In this document: piece after piece, positions 1 through 9,154 of the stretch
Position numbering within the stretch: the first letter of the stretch is position 1
Layout of the letters: every line of letters starts with the position of its first letter
Origin: an uncultured delta proteobacterium
GTDB taxonomy: Bacteria; Myxococcota; Myxococcia; Myxococcales; Anaeromyxobacteraceae
Length of the DNA: 64,000 bases
NCBI GenBank assembly: GCA_963766715.1
Contig: CAVYBH010000008.1
Span: forward strand, 192,001-256,000
Direction: 5' to 3'
Program-made: the position numbers and the translations under genes
The notes under the pieces: generated by a model
The model's input: only the letters and a program-made list of their open reading frames with translations
The model's database searches: none
Told to the model about the DNA's origin: nothing

Positions 1-258
1 CGCTGGAGAAGGAGATCCCGAACGTGGCCGGCGACGCGCGGGGGGCCATGCAGCGGCTCGCCGCCGCGCTCGACCAGATGGACGGCACGCTGCGCGAGGT
101 GAAGCTGTCGCTCTCGCCGGGCGCGCCCGTCCCGGTCCAGCTCGAGCAGACGCTGCGCGAGGTCGGCCAGGCCGCGCGGTCGCTGCGCGTGCTCGCCGAC
201 AGCCTGGAGCGGGACCCGAGCCAGAATCGTCCGCGGTCGACCGGAGGCCAAGCCATGA
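1..258 (+). CDS. pqiB: MlaD/PqiB family protein, 3' part (truncated by window edge)
   Basis: Helical C-terminus ...LEQTLREVGQAARSLRVLADSLERDPS typical of PqiB/MCE proteins. Probable true stop is the TGA at 256-258, overlapping the next ATG (ATGA); an indel near 222 fuses it to pqiC in the ORF track. Confidence 0.7.
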
Positions 259-836
259 CCCACCGCATCCTCGCCGTCGCCCTGCTGGCCGTCGTCACCG
301 GCTGCCTCTCCCCGCGCACGGAGACGTCGCGCTACTACACGCTTCCGGACGCATCCCCACCTCCCACCGCGGCCGCTCCGGTGGCCTCGGTCGGGCTCGG
401 CCCGGTCACCTTCCCGCCCTACCTGCTTCGCCCGGAGCTGGCCACGCGGCTGGGGCCCGAGCGCATCGCCTACGCGGCCTCCGACCGCTGGGCGGGACCG
501 CTCGACGAGCTCGTCCTCCGGGCGCTCTCCGAGGAGCTCCGCGCGGGGCTGCCAGCCCGGGCAGTCACCCGCTGGCCGTGGCCGCTCGGCGCCCCGCCCG
601 AGGTGGCGGTGGCGGTGGATCTGCTGGCCTTCGAGGCCGACGCGGCCGGGGGGGCGTCGCTGGACGGCCCGCTGGACGGTGACGCGCCCCGGCATGGCGC
701 CGGTCGCCGGCGAGACCCGCGTCGCGAGGACGGGAAGGCAGGCGACGTGGCGGGCTCGGTCTCGGCCCTCGGGCGGGCCCTGGGGGTGCTCGCCCGGGAC
801 GTCTCGGCGGCCGCCCGGGCCCCCGCCTCCCGGTGA
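255..836 (+). CDS. pqiC: PqiC family lipoprotein (ABC-type auxiliary component), with internal indels near 660-730
   Basis: Lipobox VTGC, RYYTL, VGLGPVTFPPYLLRPEL and DRWAGPLDE motifs; directly downstream of the pqiB-like gene. Confidence 0.8.
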   Translation: MTHRILAVALLAVVTGCLSPRTETSRYYTLPDASPPPTAAAPVASVGLGPVTFPPYLLRPELATRLGPERIAYAASDRWAGPLDELVLRALSEELRAGLPARAVTRWPWPLGAPPEVAVAVDLLAFEADAAGGASLDGPLDGDAPRHGAGRRRDPRREDGKAGDVAGSVSALGRALGVLARDVSAAARAPASR

Positions 837-919
837 GCGCCAGGGGATGCGATTCGCACCTCCCCTTCGCGCCGGATTCGTGGTTTGTACGGGGCCTCGC
901 TCGCCGTCCGGAGGTCACC

Positions 920-3109
920 GTGAGAAGAATCGCCCCGCACCTCGCGCTGCTCGCTCTCCTTCTCTCCCCCGCGGCCGCTCTCGCGGACGGCGGCATGTGG
1001 ATGCCGCAGCAGATGATCGACCTGGCCCCCCGCCTGAAGAAGCTCGGGTTCCAGGGCAATCCCAAGGCCTTCGCCGACCTGACGGGCATGCCCATGGGCG
1101 CCGTGGTCTCGCTCGGCGGCTGCAGCGCGTCCTTCGTGTCGCCCGACGGGCTCATCATCACGAACCACCACTGCGTCACCGGCGCGCTCCAGTACAACGC
1201 CACCCCGGAGCGGAACACCGTGAAGGAGGGCTTCCTCGCCCCGACCCGCGAGGAGGAGGCCTGGGCCGGCCCCGGCTCGCGCGTCCTCGTCACCGTCGCG
1301 GTGCGGGAGGTGACGAAGGACGTCACGGGCAAGCTCGGCGCCGACCTGACCGACTTCCAGCGGGGCGAGGCCATCGAGAAGCGGACGAAGGAGCTCACGG
1401 CCGCCTGCGAGAAGGAAGGGCTGCGCTGCCGCGTCGCCTCCTTCTTCGAGGGGCTGCGCTGGTTCGAGACCGCGGCCGTGGAGCTGAAGGACGTGCGGCT
1501 CGTCTACGCCCCGCCCTCGTCGATCGGCAACTACGGCGGCGAGACCGACAACTGGCGCTGGCCGCGCCACACCGCCGACTTCGCCTTCTACCGGGCCTAC
1601 GTGGGCAAGGACGGCAAGCCGGCCGCGTTCGACAAGGCCAACGTGCCCTTCAAGCCCCGTCACTTCCTCGCCGTCGACCCGGCCGGCGCCAGCCCGGGCG
1701 AGCTGGTGGTCGTGGCCGGCTACCCGGGGCGCACCTCCCGCCACGCCACGGCCCGGGAGATGAAGGACCTCCTCCAGTGGAGCTACCCGCGCACCGCGCG
1801 CCGCAACAAGGACATGCTGGCCATCCTGGCCGAGCTCTCGAAGGGCTCGAAGGAGACCGAGATCCGGGTCGCCACCCGCGTCCGCGGCCTGGCCAACTCC
1901 ATGAAGAACCGGGAGGGCGTCATCGAGGGCGCGCAGAAGGGCAAGCTCCTCGACAAGAAGTCGGCCGCCGAGGCCGAGCTCGCCGCCTGGATCGACGCCG
2001 ACTCCGCGCGGAAGAAGAAGTACGGCACGGTCATCGGCGCGCTCGACGACCTCCAGGCGAAGCGGGAGGCCGTGCGGGAGCGGGACGCGACCCTCCTGGC
2101 CCTCTACTCGAACTCCTCCCTGCTCGGCTCGGCGCGCACCGTCCGGCGGCTCGCCGAGGAGCGCCAGAAGCCCGACGCCGACCGCGACCCCGAGTTCCAG
2201 CAGCGCAACTGGGAGCGGCTCCGCGAGGCGCAGGAGCGGGTCCAGAAGACCCTCGACCTCTCCGCCGACCGGGCGCTCCTCCGCTACGCGCTCGTCGAGG
2301 CGGCGGCGCTGCCCGCCGCGCAGCGCATCGAGGCCGTGGACGCCGCCATCGGGCTCTCCGCGGGGATCGCCGAGGCCGACGCGAAGGCCAAGATCGACGC
2401 CTGGCTGACCCAGCTCTACGCGACCCCGTCCCGCCTGGGAGAGACGAAGTCCCGGATGGCGCTCGTCGACGGGAAGCCGGAGGAGGTGCTGGCGGCGAAG
2501 GACCCGTTCCTCGACCTCGCCGCGGCCCTCGCCCCGCTCGACAAGCAGATCCGCGACGCCGAGAAGTCCAGGGCCGGCGCCATGTCGCGGCTGGGCCCGG
2601 TCTACATGCAGGCCATGCTGGACAAGGCCGGCGGCCTCGTGGCCCCCGACGCCAACTCCACGCTGCGCGTGACCTTCGGCACCGTGAAGGGGGTCTCGCC
2701 CCAGGACGGGGTGATGTACCTGCCCCAGACCACGCTCCAGGGCGTGGTCGCCAAGGCGCGCCCCGGGGACAAGGAGTTCGATGCGCCGCCGGCGCTGCTC
2801 GCCGCGGCCGCCAAGGTGCTCGCCACCGGCAAGGGCCCGTTCGTCGACCCCAAGCTCGGCGACGTCCCGGTCGACTTCCTCTCCGACGTCGACACCACCG
2901 GCGGCAACTCCGGCTCGGCCGTGCTGAACGGCAAGGGCAAGCTCATCGGGCTGCTCTTCGACGGCACCTACGAGACCATCGCCTCCGACCTGCTCTTCGA
3001 CCCGGTGAACACCCGCTCCATCCAGGTCGACATCCGGTACGTGCTCTGGGTGGCGAGCCAGGTCTCGGGCGCGACCCGCGTCCTCACGGAGTTGGGCATC
3101 AAGCCGTAG
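920..3109 (+). CDS. S46 family dipeptidyl-peptidase
   Basis: Signal peptide then ADGGMWMP, GGCSASFVSPDGLIITNHHC, GGETDNWRWPRHTADF and catalytic TTGGNSGS; GGAGG RBS before GTG at 920. Confidence 0.93.
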   Translation: MRRIAPHLALLALLLSPAAALADGGMWMPQQMIDLAPRLKKLGFQGNPKAFADLTGMPMGAVVSLGGCSASFVSPDGLIITNHHCVTGALQYNATPERNTVKEGFLAPTREEEAWAGPGSRVLVTVAVREVTKDVTGKLGADLTDFQRGEAIEKRTKELTAACEKEGLRCRVASFFEGLRWFETAAVELKDVRLVYAPPSSIGNYGGETDNWRWPRHTADFAFYRAYVGKDGKPAAFDKANVPFKPRHFLAVDPAGASPGELVVVAGYPGRTSRHATAREMKDLLQWSYPRTARRNKDMLAILAELSKGSKETEIRVATRVRGLANSMKNREGVIEGAQKGKLLDKKSAAEAELAAWIDADSARKKKYGTVIGALDDLQAKREAVRERDATLLALYSNSSLLGSARTVRRLAEERQKPDADRDPEFQQRNWERLREAQERVQKTLDLSADRALLRYALVEAAALPAAQRIEAVDAAIGLSAGIAEADAKAKIDAWLTQLYATPSRLGETKSRMALVDGKPEEVLAAKDPFLDLAAALAPLDKQIRDAEKSRAGAMSRLGPVYMQAMLDKAGGLVAPDANSTLRVTFGTVKGVSPQDGVMYLPQTTLQGVVAKARPGDKEFDAPPALLAAAAKVLATGKGPFVDPKLGDVPVDFLSDVDTTGGNSGSAVLNGKGKLIGLLFDGTYETIASDLLFDPVNTRSIQVDIRYVLWVASQVSGATRVLTELGIKP

Positions 3110-3128
3110 CCGGGAGTAGCATTCGCGG

Positions 3129-3907
3129 GTGACCCGACGACCGGAGGACCTGGCAGCGCTCGCGCGCCGCATCGAGCGGGCGCATGCGCTCCAGCTGGAG
3201 CGCACCCGGGCGGCGCGGGGCTCCGGCGCTCCGGCCATCGAGGTGGCCGGCGGGCTCGCCGTCTCGCACGGCGTCCGCTCGCCGTTCTCGGCGGCGGTGG
3301 GCGTCGGGATCGGCGCCCCCGTCACCCCGGGCGACGTGGACCGCATCGAGGCCCACCTCGGCCTGGGCGGAGGGCCGGTGCGCGTCGAGGTCACCCCGTT
3401 CGCCGACTCCTCCCTCACCGAGGAGCTCGGGCGCCGCGGCTACCAGCTGGAGCGCTTCTTCCAGGTCTGGACGCGCAGCCGGCGAGCGGCGAGCCGGGCC
3501 GGGCGGTGCGGGTCGCCGCCGCGGGGGACGCCGACCAGTGGGTGGACGTCTTCTCGCGCGCGTTCCTGGGCGCTCCCGCCCAGTCGGAGGCGCAGCGCGA
3601 GGCCCTGCGCTGCATGGTCCTCGCCGAGGGCAGCGTGGCCTGGCTGGCCGAGGAGTCGGGCGCGGCCGTGGGCGTGGCGCTCGCCTCCTCCGAGGGCGGC
3701 GTGGCCTGGCTCTCCGGGGCCGGCGTGCTCCCGGCCCACCGCGGCCGCGGCCTCCAGGTGGAGCTCGTCCGCGCCCGCCTGGCGTGGGCCTCCGCCCGGG
3801 GCTGCGACCTGGCTGCGACCGCCACCGAGCCGGGCACGGCCTCCCAGCGCTCGCTGGAGAGATGTGGATTCCGGGCCGCCTATCCGAAGGCGGTCCTCGT
3901 CCACTGA
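3129..3907 (+). CDS. GNAT family N-acetyltransferase (indel near 3480-3500)
   Basis: C-terminal GVLPAHRGRGLQ acetyl-CoA motif and SQRSLERCGFR; the N-terminal half lies in a different frame. Confidence 0.8.
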
Positions 3908-3936
3908 CCGCTGGCACCTCGCTGGAGGGACGTCTC

Positions 3937-4707
3937 ATGGCGACCGAAGCGGCCGGACCTTCTCCCCTCTGCCTGGTGACCGGGACGAGCTCCGGCATCG
4001 GGGCCGCCGTGGCGGAGGAGCTCCTCCGGCGGGGATGGGAGGTGGCCGGCCTGGCCCGCCGCCCCTCCCCGATCCACCACGCGCGCTACCGGCACGTCCG
4101 GCTCGACCTGGCCGACACCGCCAGGCTCGAGGCCCTCCTCGAGGGCAGCCTGGGCGACGAGCTGGGGCTGGAAGGGCGTCCCCGCGTCGGGCTCGTGAAC
4201 GGCGCCGCCACGCTCGAGCCGGTGGGACCGACGGGCGCGCTGCCGGCCGCGGGGCTGGCCCGCGCGTTCGCGGTGAACGCGGTCGCGCCCATCTGGCTCC
4301 TCGGCTTCTTCCTGCGCAGGGTCCGGGGCGCGAAGCTCCGGATGGTGGACGTCTCCTCGGGCGCGGCGCGCCACCCGTACGCCGGCTGGTCGGCCTACTG
4401 CTCGACCAAGGCGGCGCTTCGCATGGCGGGCGAGGTGATCGGCGCCGAGGCCAGGGACTACGCCCCCGGGACCGCGCTCCCCACCGACCTCTCGCTGGTG
4501 AGCTACGAGCCCGGCGTGGTCGACACCGAGATGCAGCAGGCGGTGCGCGGCGCGCTCGCCGGGGCCTTCCCGCAGGTGAAGCGCTTCCTCGACCTCCACG
4601 CGTCCGGCCAGCTCCATCCGCCGTCCCGGCCGGCCGTCGAGATCGCCGACCTCCTCGAATCGGACGGGCTCCCGGTCTTCTCCGAGCGTCGCCTGGGCGG
4701 CAGGTAG
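3937..4707 (+). CDS. SDR family oxidoreductase (sepiapterin/benzil reductase-like)
   Basis: TGTSSGIG, VSSGAA, YCSTK (YxxxK) and PGVVDTEMQ motifs; GGAGG RBS. Confidence 0.9.
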   Translation: MATEAAGPSPLCLVTGTSSGIGAAVAEELLRRGWEVAGLARRPSPIHHARYRHVRLDLADTARLEALLEGSLGDELGLEGRPRVGLVNGAATLEPVGPTGALPAAGLARAFAVNAVAPIWLLGFFLRRVRGAKLRMVDVSSGAARHPYAGWSAYCSTKAALRMAGEVIGAEARDYAPGTALPTDLSLVSYEPGVVDTEMQQAVRGALAGAFPQVKRFLDLHASGQLHPPSRPAVEIADLLESDGLPVFSERRLGGR

Positions 4708-4757
4708 GCCCCGTCCCGGCCGTCGCGCCCGCTCTCCTCCCCGTGTATGGGTGTCGG

Positions 4758-5967
4758 ATGGCCGTCCTGTCCACCCGGGCCCTGCTCGCCTCCGGACTCC
4801 TCGCCGCCTCGGGCGCCGCCTGCGGACCCATGAGCCACGCGCCCATCCGCCCCGACCTGCTCGACAGGAGCACCGGCCGGGCGAGCCCGCCGTTCGCCGA
4901 GCCCGCCCCGGAGAGGATGCGGGTCGCCGTCTACGGGGACTCGCAGGGCAACACGGCCGCCCACCGGGCGATCGTCGCCGCCATCCTGGCCGAGAAGCCC
5001 GACCTGGTGCTCTTCGCCGGGGACGCCATCGACCACCTCCCCGCCGGGCACATGCCGGACTGGGGCGGCTGGCAGTACCTGATGCCCTTCTGGCCCCAGT
5101 ACGTCCGCGGCTACGGGGCGGTCTCGCTCGCCTCCATCGTTCCCTTCCCGGCCGCCATCCACGAGACCCTCCTCGGCGCCGTCGCGCCGCCCCGCAAGCC
5201 TCCCGACCTGAACGGCTGGCTGGAGGACACCGCTCCGCTCCGCGAGGCCGGCATCCCGATCCTCGCCGCCCGCGGCAACCACGACTCGTATCACCGCGAG
5301 GACGAGGCCCAGTTCGCGGCCATCTTCTCCCCGCCCGGCGGGCCGCAGCTCGCCACCGACGCCTTCTGGTACGCGGTGGACCGGGACGGCTGGCGCTTCC
5401 TGGTGCTCGACACCGGGACCGACATGCTGGGCGACCGGGATCCCATGCCGGCTGGCGGCCCGCAGCTCTCCTGGCTCGAGGCCCAGCTCGCCGAGGCCGA
5501 CCGGACCGGGCGCCGCGCCATCGTGCTCGCTGCACATCCCGCCCTTCTCCTCCGGCAAGGAGGAGCGTGGCGCTCCGTGGGTGAAGAAGCTGGTGGTGGA
5601 GGGCATCCTCGACCGCCACCCGGTGGCGCTCGTGCTCTCCGGGCACATCCACGCCTACGAGCGCATCGTCCGCCCCGGGTTCGAGGGGCGGCCGGTGAGC
5701 TACGTGGTGAGCGGGGGGGCGGGCGGCCGGTTCTTCCAGCGCGCCCAGTCGCCGGTCGAGGGCTCGGCGATCTTCGTCGAGCAGGTCCGGAACTTCGTCC
5801 TGCTCGACCTGGGACCGGACGGAATCTCCGGGCGGGTCATCCCGGTCCGCGTGCCGGGCGAGGACTGGCGCAAGCCGGCCTCCCCGCTCGACACGTTCGA
5901 GGTGGCGCTGCCGCGCCGGGGCGCCGGCGATCCGGCTAGTGGTGGACGAAGTCCCAGCGGCCGGTGA
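4758..5967 (+). CDS. Calcineurin-like metallophosphoesterase lipoprotein (indel near 5530)
   Basis: Lipobox GAAC; motifs YGDSQ, FAGD, RGNHD and SGHIHAYER. Confidence 0.85.
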
Positions 5968-6557
5968 TGCCCGCCGACCACATGGTCTGGTAGACGCCGG
6001 TCATCGGGAAGTTGAGGCCCACCATGCGCCCCTCGATCCCCAGGGCGAACGGCTCCGGACGCCACACCATCGCGCTCAGGCTGGCCATGAACCCCAGGCT
6101 GAGCTGCGACACGGTGTTCGTCGAGCCCGACACTCCCGGTCTTCACGACCACGTCGTACAGCCCCAGGCCCACCCGGATCCGGAACCAGTCGATGTCCCA
6201 GCCCGGGCCGATGGCCAGGCCCAGCGCGTAGGAGGAATTGTTGGCGAAGATCGTCTGGCTGCCGCCGGGGGAGAGGACGTTCACGTACTGCCCGCTCGCG
6301 AGGATGGGGACGTACGAGATGTCGATGAACGGGTGGGTGAAGTGCTCGCCCCGGTAGGCCACGGACAGCGCGACGGAGGGTCCGCCGTTGTACCAGGCCA
6401 GGTTCGAGCTATCGATGCCCGGGAAGGCCAGCTGACCGTAGCCGGCGAAGAGATCGACTTCCCAGGCGTAGTGCGGGGTCTCGACGGGAGCGGGACTCTC
6501 GGCGCGGGCGGCGCTGGTCGACGCGGCGAGCGCGAGTGCGAGGAGGACGTGTCTCAC
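5936..6557 (-). CDS. Hypothetical outer-membrane beta-barrel protein (indel near 6135)
   Basis: Signal peptide VRHVLLALALAASTSAARA; alternating aromatic/Gly beta-strands; C-terminus AGITGRWDFVHH; GTG start overlaps the upstream stop (GTGA). Confidence 0.65.
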
Positions 6558-8042
6558 GGTGTCGTGACCTTGGTCGGTGCCCAGATCGGCGCGGTCCCCA
6601 CCACCTCGAAGCGCTGATTCGCCAGCCCGAGGTAGTTCGTGAGGAATCCGTTCGGCCCGGCAGTGGTGAGGAACGCGTCCATGGTGGCGGGGTCGTTGAT
6701 GGTCCAGAAGCCCACGAAGTAGCCCTGCTCCTGGAGCGACTTGACCTCGCTCGTCATCGGGCCGCGGGTGTAGCGCGGCATCCACGCGACGCAGGGGACC
6801 GTGGTCACGTCGGCGCTGTTCTCCTCGATGAGACAGTGCTGGTTCGGCGCCAGCTGGCCGGCGGCGAGCGCCTGCTGGTAGGTGGTCACGAAGTCGGCGC
6901 TGGGCAGGCCGATCACCCCGCGCTCCCAGACCGGGCGGCTGCCCGGGTAGAGGCACTTCTTCCCGGCCGGCGGCCACGCCGCGGGGGAGCCGGGAGGAGG
7001 CGGATTGCAGGGGACGAGCTTGTCCTGGAGCTCGCCCAGGATCTGGCTCACCGGGACGATCACGTCGGTGGTCTTGCTGTCGAGGTAGGTCGGGAAGTTC
7101 GTCCGGGTGAAGATGTACTCCAGCATGTCGACGACGCGCGGGATGATCTCGCCGTTCCGGAGCCGGCAGTTCGCGAGCAGCTCCTCGTACGTGTAGTCCT
7201 CGATCTGCCCGGTGCAGTACACGCCCTGCACGTCCATGGGGTAGAGCCCCATGTGGAAGAAGACCGGCACCTTGTCCTTCGTCAGGTGGAGGTCGATCTC
7301 CATGTAGTCGGCGCCCATCTGGGTGGCCAGGATCGACGTCTCGGGGGTGTTGATGGAGACCCCGCAATCGTCGGCGTTCTGGCAGGCGCCGTGGTGGACG
7401 CCCACGAAGAAGGTCTGCACCCCGTCGGCGTTGGCCTTGCTCTTCCGGGGCCGCACCCAGTTCACCGATGAGGGGAAGGCTCGGAGCGTTGACGCCGTTG
7501 CCGGTGGAGCCGACGAGCTGGGCGTGAACGGCCGGCGGCGGACGGGGATCGCCGGGAAGGTCGGTCGAATTCCAGGCCGGCGCGTTGCAGACGTAGTCGA
7601 TGATCTCCGGCGGCGAGACGAAGAGCCGGACGAGCCCGTTCGTGGTCGGCGAGGGCTCCTGATCGAGATAGCGCCAGTAGCCCTCGAGGACGAGCCGCGT
7701 GACCGGAACGTCTCGCCCGTGGTGTCCAGGAAGCAGCCGGGCTGCAGGATGGCGAACCCGGCGTGCTCGCCTGCGAGGATCGACACCGAGGACTTCATCC
7801 CGTCGGTCACGCCGCCCCACTGGCTGCCGTGGACGATGACGGTGGAGCCGAACCGGCTCGAGGTGTCGTAGACCCCCTCGAGCGCGTTCTGGAGCGACCA
7901 CGGGTTGGGCGGCGCCTTGGAACGGGCGATCAGGCCGCCTCCCGGGAAGACGGGCGGCTCGGTGCTGGCTCTGCCGCGAGAAGCAGCCGGTGGCGGCGAG
8001 GGCCAGAAGCCCGAGCGCGACGAAATTGCGGTCAGAATTCAT
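6554..8042 (-). CDS. Glycerophosphodiester phosphodiesterase (GDPD)-like lipoprotein with N-terminal extension (several indels at 7500-7970)
   Basis: Lipobox ATGC; GDPD core GVHHGA...INTPE...GADYMEIDLHLTKDKVPVFFH...GFWTIND...GFLTNY. Confidence 0.75.
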
Positions 8043-8886
8043 AGCCAGCCAGGAGTCCGATGTACCAGATCTTCTTCGAGACGAAGGGCTCGCTCGTCGG
8101 CGTGGCCTCGACGTTGAAGAAGATCGGGTAGTTCGACGCGGTGTTGTAGAGGGACGCCCCGTAGTAGAAGACGCCCTGCTTCGTGGGCGAGTACTCGACG
8201 AGGGCCGTCAGGCCGAACCCCGCGTAGGAGGCGGCCGAGGGACTGAGGACGAGCCCGCCGAGGTTCACGGCCTGGTACAGCGAGAGGTAGGCCTCGTACT
8301 GGAGCGTGAGCCAGGAGTCCTTCGAGACCTGGATGCCGGCCTTGGCTCCGGGGTCGAGGAGCACGCCCCACCCGGTGGTGTTGAAGGACGTGGTGGCGAT
8401 GAGCGCCTTGCCGAGCGCGCCGAAGTAACCGTTCACGTGGGCCATGACGCCCAGGCTGAAGGGGCCGACCTTGGCAGCCCACTCGGCGCCGACGCCCAGC
8501 TGGTTGTAGAGGACGATGGTCTGGAGCCGGGCGTCCACGCTGAACCCCGCGCCCACGCCGCGCGTGTAGCTGGCCGTGAACATGGGGGCGATCTGCCAGA
8601 GCCCGCCCACCGCCCAGCGATCCTTGCCCTTGCCCGGGCCTTCCGGGAAGAAGGTGAGGCCGCGCTCCGGGTAGGCCCACGCGGGGGTCTCCCAGGGAGG
8701 CTTCGGAGTCTGCTGGACGAGGATGACCGTGGTGTCCTTGGTCGTCTTCTCGTCCACGACGACGAGCGGCGCGGCGGCCGCGGGGGGGACCGGGTCGGCG
8801 GCCAGCGCCAGCCCCGGCGCCAGCGAGGCGGCGAGGGCGGCGAGGACCGCGATACCGGTGCGTCTGCTCAGTTGGACGTCACTCAC
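8032..8886 (-). CDS. Hypothetical outer-membrane beta-barrel protein
   Basis: N-terminal SRR plus hydrophobic signal ending ALA; amphipathic beta-strands; terminal beta-signal-like LLAGYEF. Confidence 0.7.
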   Translation of the reverse strand: MSDVQLSRRTGIAVLAALAASLAPGLALAADPVPPAAAAPLVVVDEKTTKDTTVILVQQTPKPPWETPAWAYPERGLTFFPEGPGKGKDRWAVGGLWQIAPMFTASYTRGVGAGFSVDARLQTIVLYNQLGVGAEWAAKVGPFSLGVMAHVNGYFGALGKALIATTSFNTTGWGVLLDPGAKAGIQVSKDSWLTLQYEAYLSLYQAVNLGGLVLSPSAASYAGFGLTALVEYSPTKQGVFYYGASLYNTASNYPIFFNVEATPTSEPFVSKKIWYIGLLAGYEF

Positions 8887-9154
8887 GATCAGGCTCGTCG
8901 CTCCGGACAGGGGCTGGACACCAAATGTCGAAGCTTGTTGGTCTATCTGTCGCCACCGGGGTCGTCCATCCGTTTCGTGCCACGCCCCTTCGGGGACGCC
9001 GGGGCTTCCCGTCTTCCTCGTCCTCCAGCATCCGGTACTTCGGGCCCTCGGGGTCGTCGTACTGGCCGCTGCGGACCGACCAGAGGAACCCCAGCCAGGC
9101 GGCGATCCCCAGTCCCAGCGAGATGGCGATGAGGAAGCCGAGCGACACGTTCAC
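8879..9154 (-). CDS. ccoS: cbb3-type cytochrome oxidase assembly protein CcoS (3' end possibly over-extended)
   Basis: LIAISLGLGIAAWLGFLWSVRSGQYDDPEGPKYRML is the FixS/CcoS signature; GTG overlaps the ccoI stop. Confidence 0.88.
   Translation of the reverse strand: MNVSLGFLIAISLGLGIAAWLGFLWSVRSGQYDDPEGPKYRMLEDEEDGKPRRPRRGVARNGWTTPVATDRPTSFDIWCPAPVRSDEPDRE

Noticed and set aside
470..3418. Long antisense and alternative-frame ORFs (for example 470-3418 -, 15063-17321 +, 49705-52635 +, 59134-63987 -)
   Set aside because: Shadow ORFs expected in very high-GC DNA. They are Arg/Gly/Pro-rich, lack motifs and overlap well-supported genes.
8965..8985. TGGCACG on the minus strand upstream of the barrel/GDPD operon as a sigma54 promoter
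   Set aside because: The -12 position reads GGAT rather than (T)TGC, so the invariant GC is missing.
8879..8990. Long C-terminal extension of CcoS overlapping the next gene's start
   Set aside because: Probably a lost stop codon from a sequence error; the extension has no recognisable features.
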